Below are positions 25,901 through 38,900 of a stretch of DNA of 64,000 nucleotides, piece by piece. Source of the DNA: Paragordius varius (Eukaryota; Animalia; Nematomorpha); the NCBI GenBank assembly GCA_964247055.1, contig OZ176050.1, positions 12,338,001 to 12,402,000 of the forward strand. The letters run 5' to 3'. Position numbers and translations under genes: made by a program. The notes under the pieces were generated by a model. That model made no database searches and was not told where the DNA came from. It was given only the letters and a program-made list of their open reading frames with translations. The stretch's first letter is position 1. Every line of letters starts with the position of its first letter.

Positions 25901-28900
25901 ATCTAAATAAGAAAATGATATTAGCTATGAAAAAATAGATCCAATTTAAATGACTCACAACAAAAATCATAGGAATTTTCAGGTAATAAATTTAAATTTA
26001 TCTATATGTTCATAATATTTACTTAAATCCTTTTACAAAATATTTTAGAGACTTCTTTTATATTTTTATCCATATTTAAATCTTTCTTATTTAGGGCTCG
26101 TAATTTGTGTTTTTCATGGAAAATACACTCAATAGGGTTTAATTGAGGTGAATATGGTGGCAAAAAAATCAAATTTTCGAATTCCTTATTTCGAGAATAA
26201 CGATGAATAGGGGCATTATCTAAAATTTTATAGGATGATGAAAGTATTATTTTAAACATTCCTGTAAAAAATGATATATATCATCCCCATTGTATGGGTC
26301 AGATTTATATTCATATCATTCCGTTTATTCCAACCATAGCCAAATAGTTTATATTTTTACCTCTTGGCTTACATTTAATTGTAGGAAATTCTCCCTTTTT
26401 ACACCAATAATATAGATAAAGACTGTAATCATTGTTTCCAGTCTCATCCATATAATATATGTCGCTGTGCAAAAACTGTAAAACTTCCCATGCATAAGTA
26501 TACCTTTGCTCTATTATTTCTATTTTATTGCCATTTATAGGCTCAATCTGAGCCTGTTTACGGATAAAAGAATATTTTTTTAAGGCATTTATACAATGTA
26601 GATTTTGAGATTTTTAATGAATAAGGAATATTATCTAAAATATCATCAATTGTTATATTATTATTTTCTTTTAAAATATTTTCGATGGCTTCCTTTAATT
26701 CACAATCATCAAATTTTGGCTTGCGGCCACGGATGTGAAGGCCGACGTTCAATCGCCTGCGATATTTATAAATTGTTGATCTGGACATTTTTAAAATGTT
26801 TATATTGTCTGTCATGGTATTATTCGAAGTGGGCGGATTACTGAAAAGGCTCTTAGCAATTTCATTTTTTTCATTTGTCCAACATCCTCTGCCTTAACCA
26901 AATATTCACAAATAATTTATTATTTTAGATAGTTGAATAAACAATTCACATATTTAACAGATAATTAATTATATTATTTTATTAAATTTTTTAAAAGTTA
27001 TTGCTATAATCGGAAAAATGCAACTAGAATACCTTTATTAAAATAAAGAGGAAGGCATATCAATTTACTTATGTAAATATATTACATGAATTTGTGAAAT
27101 AAAATATCTAGACTATCCCCACTTGAAATAATTGTTTTAAATAACGTCGATCTCAAACCATGATATAAGTTTTAAAAATATATGTAAGGAAACTTAAATC
27201 ATAACATTTATGTCGCTTAAAAACACAAAAAGATACTAGAGCTAGCACAATGGTATTATTGAATATAATATAATTTGAAATGTATAAACGTTTTCTTTGA
27301 CGAATCGTATCTTCTTGGTTGTTGTCTGAACATACAGGCGAAGATGGCGATGACGGTGAGAATGATGGTGAGCGTATAATTGAACGATTTTCTGCACAAT
27401 CATCATAGAATTCTAAAGGTGAAATAAAATTTTACCATAGGTGTGATCCATCAATAATTACTATAGGCTGAATAAAGAGTATTAAATATAGATATTATTT
27501 TAAAAGAAAATAATAATATAACAATTGATGATATTTTAGATAATATTCCTTATTCATAAAAATCTCAAAATCTACATTTTATAAATGCCTTAAAAATATT
27601 CTTTTGTCCGTAAACAGACTCAGATTGAGCCTATAAATTGCAATAAAATAGAAATAATAGAGCATAGGTATACTTATGCATGGGAAGTTTTACAGTTTTT
27701 GCACAGCGACATATATTATATGGATGAGACTGGAATCAATGATTACAGTCTTTATCTATATTGTTGTTGTAAAAAGGGAGAGATTCCTACGATTAAACGT
27801 AAGTCAAGAGGTAAAAATATAAACTATTTGGCTATGATCGGAATAAACTGAATCATAAAATATGAATATAAATCCGACCCATACAATGGGGATGATATAT
27901 ATCATTTTTTACAGGAATGTTTTAAAATAATACCTTCACCATCCTATAAAATTTTAGATAATGCCCCTATTCATCGTTATTCTCGAAATAAGGAATTCGA
28001 AAATTTAATTTTTTTGCCACCATATTCACCTCAACCCTATTGAGTGTATTTTCCATGATTTTAAACACAAATTACGAGCCCTAAATGAGAAAGATTTAAA
28101 TATGGATAAAAATATAAAAGAAGTCTCGAAAATATTTTGTAATAAGGATTTAAGTAAATATTATGAACATATAGATGGAATATTAAATTATGTTTGTTTA
28201 AAAAAAATAAATTTATTACCTGAAAATTCCTATGATTTTTGTTGTGAGTAATTTAAGTTGGATCTATTTTTTCATAGCTTATATCATTTTCTTATTTAGA
28301 TAATACGGTGTATAGACATAATTTATAATGTTTGGGATGATTAAAATATTATTTTATAAATCATCATCAAATATTTTATATTTCAACCGCAGGAATATAT
28401 TTAATAGTTGGAAATCTCTTCATTACAATCATATAAAAAAACTGTAAAACTCGTTTCCGTTCTAAAATTTATTGCGATCGATAGGGTTAATCAGTAATTG
28501 TTTTCGGACATAGATATTTTTTAAGGCAATTACCAGTGTTCTTATTTTTTTTACGATTATTTATTTACAATTGATTTATATTGATGTTATTTTAATATAA
28601 ATATTATATTAATAAATTATTGTCTCTACTACATTATATTGCAGTTATAATTAGTATTAAAAGCAGATGATTAGTATTTAATCGTCTGCTTATTGAGCTT
28701 ATACGGTAGATGTTTAAAATTAAGAAGAGTCCCATCTTGTCGTTAATTGAAAGTTGTCCCACCAAACAATATAGAGTTGATATGTTATATAATCTAAAAA
28801 TATAGTCAGTGTTGAAGCCCATTAGACTATTGATATTTTCGATATAAGATTGGAAACATTGTAAAAATAAGATTAATAAGATGAAAAATTGGATTATTAT

Positions 28901-31900
28901 TACTTTTCAATAGTAAAGAAGTTTCTTTAAAATGAATACAGTTATAATAAGGTTTTTTTAAATTTTATATTTTACAATTAGATGACAGTATGATTGGTGT
29001 TAATAATGCAAAAGAAATAATATTTTGCCTTATTTTTAGTAAAATGCGTTAAATCCTATTCATTTAATATATTAGTTAATATTAAATCAAAAATGGTTTA
29101 TTTTTAAGTCGGTGAATATCAAATGCTATGTTATAGTTTTAAAGCTTCTTATAAAATGCATAGTAAACATTTAGCCGACTAGATTCATAGGGTTATTATT
29201 TATCAATATTATAGATGAAAGCTCCTCTTACCCTATTATATTTCGGATATGTCCGTATAAAAAAAAATTTGTCCGTATAAAAAAAATTTGTCCGTATAAA
29301 AAAAATTTGTTCGCAAATTAAAAATTTTAATCTTTTGATTTTAACACTCTGTCTGTTATAAAAAAATTATGTCTGTTCGTTTAAAAATTCGTCCGAATAA
29401 TTACATATTTTACTGTAAGTTTCCAATATATCAAACTATAATTAGTATATATTTCACGCTTTTCGATTCCAACTAATTTAGCTGACGAAAAATCAATAAG
29501 ATGACATTAGGGACGTGAATTTTGGCGCATTAAACTTATTTTCTCAATAAAATCTGGATAAAACTAAAATATACACTTTACTAATTTTTTAAAAATAAAA
29601 AAAATTAAAAACCCTACTTAACTAATTTTTTTAGTTTCTTCTATTTCATCGCAATATAGTTAAAAACGATGCAATATTCTTCTTCACTGATCCCTTCATC
29701 AATGGTCTTTACTTTGTGAATGCTGCAAATCCTGCCATGTTTACGAATTTGTTTGAAAGTTTACCCTTGAATCCTGGTTCTCCCAGTCAGTTTTTTACTG
29801 TTTCACCCATAACTAATACATTTAACCCCAATGATAAAAATGAAAATGAGAGCAGTAATTATGCAAACACAGTCTTTCAACAAAAATTACATGAGCTATA
29901 TTTTGGAAGGTATGTCGATTTATTTCCTACCGCGACTTCAGAATCATCAAATCCATCAGTTAATGTTAATAATAATAATAATTTCCGAGGATTCGATACG
30001 AACGATATAAGTCCAATCGATGCCGATTTTGATGTGAAAGAGAACAAAATGTACTTCATAGATAGCAAGGATAATTCAATTAAATTTATCACTTTTTTCA
30101 ATAAATCCAACATAATAACCAAGAATGTGGATGATATTAATAATAAGAATAAAACTGATTCTGCGCAAAATATGTTGTGGGATCTTTTTATAAGTCATTA
30201 TGGAGCAAGTAATGGGTTAGATATGGGGACCGTGGCTAAATTTGATATATCAAGTAAAAATATTTTGTTTAACAAAGTTTTGTGAAACAAAATTTAGTTA
30301 ACGGTAAATAATAATCAGGTTGTTTTTACTTCTGTTGAAACTATTGCATTATACTTTAAGAAAATATGAATTTTTATGAACATAAATTATTTTTTATGAA
30401 TTAATTAAGTGCGAATTCAAAAACAAAAAATATATCATATATTTTAAAATATAGCACCCATTTTAGAGGAAGTTAGTATATTTCATAAAATCTAAAAAGT
30501 TTAATTCAAATCCCTTGTATTTGTAAATTTTACAGGTAGTATCGTGAAATTATGCGTCGTTCCACAACTGAACCTTATTTATTTGTACGATTTTACGAAT
30601 CAAGTCATAAAAGTTATGACGAAAGATGGACGGTTAATTAAAGATATCTATCAGGACAAAAAAACTTTTGTTACTTCCATCACAGTCGATATTTTTCAGG
30701 GGTATTATATTATTCATATTTAAAAGGGTTTGATTTGCAATTTTTAACATACGAGATATTTAAAATATTATATATGAATTTAACTTTTGTGGGATAAAAT
30801 TTTTTTTTTAATTTTTCACATAAATAAAACATATATTATTTAATCGCTTGACTTTTTAAAATAATTAAACATATATATAAATTGAGTTTACATTTTTATA
30901 TCCCTGCTGTCTCTAATGAATTTAAAGTCAGACTAAAATATTAACCCTATATAAAATTTTTATTAATTTCACATAATCTAATGATAAAATAATTGACATT
31001 TATGAAATAAGATATCTGTATTGGTCTGAATGGTCCAAGGAGGGAAAAGGACGTATAATGCGATCCGAATTAGATGGAACTAAAGCAAAAATTATAATTG
31101 ATGATCCAATAATCCAATTACCGACAAATTTGGTTCTAGATGCAGATGGTATGATTTGTAAATTTATTCATTATCAAAAAAATATAACTCAGTTATTTTT
31201 TTGGAACTTTCTAGAAATATAAAAAAGATTCTAGGATCGGTATAAGTAACGCAGTTTCAAGCGGTTATAAAAAATTGATTTTTTTGGTGGAAATTTTTAC
31301 AGGAATATTAGCTCTTTTATATGTTGTTTTCTTAAAATAATTATATTTTTTTGATATACACCAAAATTGGCACACAATATATTTATATCTATATTTTTTG
31401 GCTATCAAATTGTATCAAAATAGCTAGCTGTATATTAAAAATATATAACCGAAATCGGAACATTTGACCAAAAAATATGAAATCGAAACCAAAGATGTTT
31501 TCGTAAAAAATTTAGAGCCGGAATCAAAAACAGTTCCATGTCAACGAATCATAATAAACAATCAATTATAAACAAAATTCTTTTTTGGAAAAAATATTGG
31601 GGCAACGCCATATAAGAAAAATAAAAGCATAAAAATACGCTCAACAGAGCATCATTTTTGTCCTATAAACTTTGTTATTCACTGACTAAAATTTAATATA
31701 ATTGTAATTAATGATAAAGGACTAATTTTAAAGCCAACAATACGAAATTACCCGATATTTTTCGAAGTTTTTTGCTAAATTTTGTGTCAATAATAAAAAT
31801 GTTAGATTTAATTTTATTTTTAATGTCTAACAATTATTTCCAGCTTGCCAAACATTTTTAAGTATATTCACATCTAAAGAATATTTTATGAGCGACAGTG

Positions 31901-34900
31901 TTAATAAAATATTCAAACTTATTATATTAAAATTATTGGATAAGCTTTTCAAAAATTAAAAATTGGGACAAAATAACATTTTTAAAGCCAATATTTAAAT
32001 AATATTCGGATTTTTTCGGAGATTTTAACATGTAAATTTTTTTTAAACCATAATAACGCTTTTACTAAATATCACATTTCAAGTATTTAATTTTGACTAT
32101 GAATACGTGTATATTGTGTAAAATTTACTATTTTGCCTTATAGAAAAAGGACAGCTGTTTGTATCGATTAAGTTTTATGGAAATCACAAATATGTAATAT
32201 TATTATCTAGGGTTTTTAAATTTAATATATTATCGATCGAATTATACCATAACCATAAATTTGTACCATATACCCACAAACTTAAACCATTTTTTAAATT
32301 TGAAATTATATTTATAGAACTCTTTTGAAAAATACTATGAACCGGAACCGAAGACATACTTAGTGTAAAACGTTTGAATTAATCTTTTATGGATATAATG
32401 CATCAAATCAATCAATTACATTTTAAAAATTTGAGATATCAATCAATTGATTTAATATGTGTGTCATTCGATACGTTCTTTTTATATTATGGCCATATCG
32501 ATGACATATAAATCCATTGTCATTTAATTTCAATATTTTATTAGATAATCTATTGTATTGGATTGATGAATTAACCATTTATGTGAGTAATAATGTGGAT
32601 GGTAAAAATGTTCAGGCCCTACTTAAAACAGTTGAATATGCAAATCAGCCAACCTCTTTAGTTGTTACACCTAAAACTCTGTATTGGTCAGATGGGCAAA
32701 GCCTTATTTATGCGCTCGATAAATCATATTTGGGTTATTTTTATGTAGATTAAAAAAAATTTTCCATTGGCAAATTAGTATATAATTTTTATTTGTTATA
32801 TGCTTTAAAAATAATAATTTCACATATTATGCCAATGTTTTATTTTTTTGATACCCTCTTTTTATAATGTTCACTCTGAATTTTCTTTCATGCTCTATTC
32901 TCTTTAAACTATGAAAATATTTTGAAACTATGAACAAAAGAAATTTAGAAGCTTAAATTCTCTTTATATAGGGTATAATGCCCAAAACGATAACCCATAT
33001 GAGACCTTAAAAAGCCCCGTATATATAAAATATACCCAACCAACCGATGTAAATGACGAAACTATAAGTGGACAGGACACAACAGTCGATGAGCAATTGG
33101 ATGAAAATGAATCTAGTAAATAAATTTTAAAAGATAATATTTCTATAGGTTTTTCCATTTCAAAAAAATAATTTTAATTTATAAAAAAAGAAAATATGCA
33201 TTAAATTAATACTCTTTATTGCATTAGAAATACCTGCAGGAAGCCGAACGATCCAAATTGGTAAAGAGATAAAAATACACAAGATAAATGCCGCAATCAT
33301 AAAATTAACTAATCTCAAATATTTCAATGTAACGCATTGGAGCACTCAAATCTCGAAATCCGATAACTCGGATAAGAAGCATGGTTTTAAACAGGTTGCA
33401 TTTTTTCTAGAAAATTGAAACAATAAGAGATCAGTTTTGTTTGAGAATGAATATATTATGTATATTTTATAATACCATCAATTTAAATTCAGATTTATAA
33501 AGCTTTTTTTTACGAAAATTGCTAATATTCTAAAAAATTTTTTACAAAAAAATTTGCATTTGATATGTTATTTATAGCTATTTGCCTATGAAAGTTGTGA
33601 AGCCAATACCGGAGATCATAACCAACAACATTCTTCAGTTAAAACCTATGGAGGGTGTAGTGATTTTTGTTTCCCGAAATCGTATGCCCTTCAAAACAAG
33701 CTTTATTCTTATAGAAACCATAATAAAGAAGCTATTAAAAGTGAATCTAGGAATACAAAGAAAACCCGATTACTTCGGTATTTGCTTAAAAGTATGGGGC
33801 GAAGCTGTCAATGTGCCCAACGTATAGGCCATTTATCCATAGATCTGAAAAGACAAAATATTCTAAGTTCTGGTTTTTCTGGCTTAACAGGAAACAACTT
33901 CTTGGATACTTATTTACAGAAGTACATAAATAAGACTGAGAACAATAACACTAATATAAATTATGGTAAAATTAACAATCAAATGGTTCAAATGATCCGT
34001 GAAACTCTAACATATTATACTTTTGGTAATTTTGCGCCTTATTAAATTTAATTTTAACGAAACTAACTAAAATTTGGATTTTTATAAAATAAATTTTGTC
34101 AAATGCTCATAGTAAGTAATTTACATTTTACAGCAAAAATGTAATTTTTTAGTAACCCAGTGTTTTTACATCATTTATTATAATTATAAATTTTAGATCA
34201 AATTGAAATCCCAGCACATCTTTCCAGTCTTTATCACAAATTAATTGGTAAAAATGATGGCGACCAAGACAAAGATAATCAAATTGGATCAACTAATGTG
34301 CTCTTAGACGATGGGCTAACTTGTAGTGCTTCTACACTTTGTCCATTGTCCGGATTTAATGAGGAGGAATTACAGTGATACTTTAAATTACAAAAAATAA
34401 AAGACAAAGCAGTCATACTTTTTCTACGCCTAAATTTTTTTATTGATTTGGGTTGCAAAATGAGGTGGAGAGATGTAAATTGGTAAAATACCAAACTATA
34501 TTATATTTTACAAATGTAATCCATAAACTTTATAAAAAAATCAAAGTTTAAAAATGATGGTTGTCTTTATACATAACAAATGTATTTGTTTGTTTTTTAA
34601 ATTTTAACTTTATTTAAATTTTTATAATTTTAATTTTGATTGTTAGATTGAACCCTAAACTCGTTGAAAGCATAAAAATTTTAAACCATGGAAACGGAGT
34701 CGAATTCGGAAAAGCTACATATGAATGCAAGACCGGTTATCGAGATACAAATCAAGAGACAATTGAAAGAGAATGTATTATAAACGAAAATGAACAAGGC
34801 CATTGGATGGGAAAATTATTGGATTGTAGGCGTAAGAATTCTTCCAATACAACATATTTTAATAAAATTAACCAATTTTTTTCATTATGGATGTTAATGA

Positions 34901-35103
34901 TTTTTGATTAATAGAGCTATTACAGAATATTAAAATAAATTGATTAAACTTTTTTAGATTTGTTATTATTTTATATAAAATACACTGGTTTTTGGCTTAT
35001 TTTTAATCGTTATGTCAAATTAGCAAAAGTTGTAGTTAAATATTAATAAAATCTCATTAGATTGGCATTAATTTTTGCCAATAGATATAAACAAACAATT
35101 TTG

Positions 35104-35142
<39 letters not shown>

Positions 35143-35866
35143 CAATAAATCTGGCCAAATAAAAATTTTATGTTTTAAACTTAGCATTATCTAGAATATA
35201 TTTTATTAGCAATAACTTGTAAAAACCTACTAACTCATCACTCAAACGCCATAAAAATGGTTTATTGTGAAGGGAATACCGTTAATTCAACCTGTGAACT
35301 TGATTGTATGAATAAGAGCTCCATTTACATCAGTGGTGATCGAAAGCGAAAATGTCTGCCAAACGGAGAATGGTCAGGTGAAGCCCTGAAATGTCAAAAT
35401 TTATTGGGCGCTAACGAAAATACAGATACTGGTAAGTTTCACAATCAAGAAATTTATTTCGAATTTAAACGACTAATGATTGGCTTTTATGATATATCTA
35501 ACGATAAGCAAGTGTAATTAATATTATTTAAATCACATAAGATTTGAAATTTAAATGGTTTATATTTTGTTAATAAATATACCATTTACAGTTCAAATTC
35601 ATCCTTGAACAATTCAAATTCACCCTAAAATAAATTGTGTGTTTTTAAGATTAAAAATTACTTTTATTTTATAATATTTTTAAAATATGAAATTCTGGTT
35701 AAATATAATACATTGCCGAAAACTATCTATGTCGTATAATGATGAGTTATATTATCCCGAAAACACATAATTTATTTTTAGGATGAATTTGAATTGTTTA
35801 ATGGTGTTTTTAAATTGTTTGAGGGTGAATTTGAATTGTTCGAAAATGAATCATAATTATAAATGG

Positions 35867-35916
<50 letters not shown>

Positions 35917-38900
35917 TATATTTTAAATATTAGTTTTATCAATCTAGGCTCATAATTAATACCTTGCATTTATAACGCATTCTGAATTATGTGAAGTTTC
36001 ATTTTTTTTACTATGCAAAATATCTCCCTTTTTATGCATCTAATATTTTGATATGTTAAACAAACTAAATTTATTTTGCTTTGTAAATTCATTCCTATTT
36101 TTTTATTCCATCATCATAATAGATTCAATGAGTGGTCCACTACACTGTGTTTACCCAATTCCAGATTACAGCGATAATGTTGATATGATTCGTTGCCCTT
36201 ATATGCCACGGTCAGGGGACGCTTGTGAATTCCGATGTCAATCCGGTCTTGTCCCTTTATCCGGTTCTTCAACGATCATTTGTGGGCCAGATGGCCAATG
36301 GTCTCAACCACCTTTAAAATGTCGGGGTATGTGTGTCTCACCAATGCTTTTTTGACATTAAATCATTTGCATTTTGAGCAATTAAGTATACCATTTGCAC
36401 TTCAAGAGTGTCGAACACCTTAACTTGGTCCTTGACACTTGTTGGTCCATAAATTTTTTTAAGTTTGGATTTAACCATAAATTTTGCGTGGATTTATTAA
36501 TTATATTAATTTTTAACCTAATTTTCTAGATATATTATATATTTGTTCATTTAAAATTAATATTTTTGATTATGAACTAATTTGTTTTAATCTCTACCGA
36601 TTCAACAATATTCGTAAATCATAAATGTTTTAATAACAAAAAATTGTATAGAAATTTATATTTTCGATTATCTTATTATAATTAAAATAATTTTTAAGAC
36701 CTGATAAAGATGGGTTTCCGAATGATTTTAATTTGATATTGATTTATAAGTTTGGAATCAAGAGAATAGGTTAAAAATGATAAAATATATTAATGATACA
36801 CGGTTTGATTGATAAAAGGTAAAAACAAATTAAAAAATTGAAGTTGAAGAACCAACTAGACAAACTTGGAGTGTTGAAGGACCAACTTGAAGTTTTCAAG
36901 GACACTCAAAACAAAATAACTTATGTTCATATTTACATCTTGTAAATGGTTAATATAAAACAGTTTGTAATTATTAACCTATTCGCTATATAACTATAAT
37001 AGCGCATTCATGTATCGTCCCACCCGTACCCTATAATGGTGAAATAATTTCTTGCAGTGATGCCATAAACCATGAGGTGGGGAGTCGATGTTTTTATCGC
37101 TGTGAACCAGGTTACTTCCATTTGGGCGGAGATGAGATTGTCGAATGTATGGCTGATGGAACTTGGTCTGGTCAACCGCTAGTTTGCGCAGGTAAAGGGA
37201 ATCAGATTTTAAATTGTTTCGATCAACACTCAATAATTGTTTTTAACGATTTTTATTATACCTTATTGACCTTTTTAAGAACATAATTATGTGAAAATTA
37301 TTAAAAAGTTTTTGTGAAACTTAAAACTGTACAATATTTGCTTATGACTGTCAGCCTTGAGCGCACAATCATAAAATATGTCATCGGTTCAGTAATATAG
37401 ATAAATCTATTAAAAATTTATTTAAATAATATAGCGATGTTTAGAAAGATTTTAAGCTATCTATGAACCTTCCCCTAAAAAATGAAAATAAATCCATAAA
37501 AATTTGGTTTTTGCCACCGCTTTAAATAATTATACTAATCGCCCTAACAAAGACTTTGTTAAAACCTATCGTTTTGGGTTGTGATATAAGTATTAGATAT
37601 GTGGTGGACGCATTCAATTTTATATTTCATTTTTGTAATCATATACATTTAGAAAATAACTAATGATAAAATATATGGTTTTCTTTATGAAAAAATATAA
37701 GTCTTTCGCTTTTTACCATTTTTATAATCTAATATTTGTTGTAACTTAGAATGTTTACCCTTAACTAAACCAAGTATGGGTTATTTGGATTGTAAACTTC
37801 AAGGCTTGTCCGTTGTGTGTGAAGTTAAATGCGATGCGGACACTATACTGTTAAATCAAACGCTTGTGTCATCAGAATCGAGTTCGGTATTTTTCTGTGA
37901 TCCAAAGACCCGCTCCTGGTATCCACCCAACACTGAACCCTTGAGTTGTACAGGTTTTTTGTACAGCTTTTTATAATTTCCTTTGTTGTTTTTATATAAA
38001 TGCTGGTTCTCAATTATAAAATACGAGAGGCGCCTTTTTTAAGTACATGTAGGTTGTTTCTAACAAATTTAAATTTTTTTTCCATCCTATATAACCTATG
38101 AATTTTTTCAAAAATGTACCCCTGAGCAAATATACTTATATTTTAATCATATTTAGTGCTAGTACCACCATTTCTAACCTACACTCAAATCGGATTAGAT
38201 GTTGACATTGATATTTCTTTACCTCTTGTCCTTAATCATCCCATGCCTATGAGTATGATCGATTCAAACAGCGATGATTCTCAAAATGTCGAAACGACGC
38301 AATCACCAATGGTTATAACTGAGGTGGAACAATTCCAAAAATTGTGTAGCAATGAAACAGGAATCTCTATGTTACGTGATAATTACAATTTAATCTTCTA
38401 CTTGGATTGGGCCGTTTATTTCCATACATGCTTTGAGAAGGGACAGTTCAATTGTCTTTTAACGCAATACGATATGCACAGGGCTGAATGCGAAATAGCT
38501 CCACCCAAAAATCGTATGGTACCTGTTGGTGGTGTTGGTACTCAACAAGAATCGACAAAAAAGGTAGTTTCAACTGAATCATCTTTAAATGATGACGACG
38601 AGAGCAACTATTTAACAGACTCAGACCCCGACACGGATGTAGAAAATGTATGGGAAGAGGTACATCATACACAAAAAAGTAGCCCTGAAAATTCTAAAAA
38701 CTCTAATATAAAAACGGCAATCGGAATATTTAAAATGAATTATACGGCTGAACTTATTAACCAACATTTGATTGAAGATAATAATTATAACAGTGATGTG
38801 TATTCCCATATTAAAGCCCTGAAACATGCTAAAAATGTATTCTCCCTATCGGACATTAGTAAAATGTTTCGAAATAAGATTGGAACACTTGATCCCATAA

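Larger units (their letters stand above)
24815..29415. mobile_element. 4.6-kb foldback Tc1/IS630-like element; ~1.9-kb inverted arms each carry a transposase relic
   Basis: TA|CAGTAAAATATGTAATTAT ... ATAATTACATATTTTACTG|TA; arms 24815-26678 and 27496-29415 are reverse complements with scattered substitutions and indels. Confidence 0.9.

Noticed and set aside
26812-26916. Minus-strand peptide IICEYLVKAEDVGQMKKMKLLRAFSVIRPLRIIP resembles a voltage-gated Ca channel S3-S4 segment (KALRAFRVLRPLRLV).
   Set aside because: Only 34 codons between stops, no splice sites, and it overlaps an alternative frame that reads as the transposase N-terminal HTH. Most likely coincidence; a tBLASTn hit to a channel locus would reopen it.
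27413-27435. A second 23-nt GT-AG segment (minus strand, in the foldback core).
   Set aside because: Splicing it creates a TGA in the only plausible frame, so it does not support a class of ultra-short introns.
28634-28822. 62-aa ORF in the transposon tail as a possible second gene.
   Set aside because: The left-arm equivalent is frameshifted, and no motif is recognisable.
29250-29310. Three ~20-bp direct repeats, and similar repeats in MITE family B, as a possible CRISPR-like array.
   Set aside because: No spacers and no cas genes; eukaryotic context; explained as subterminal transposon repeats.
24370-30262. Donors at 24372 (CA|GTAAATAC) and 30254 (AA|GTAAAAAT) look like the MITE or Tc1 TIR.
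   Set aside because: No preceding TA and no recognisable internal or right-end homology; consistent with ordinary phase-1 donors.
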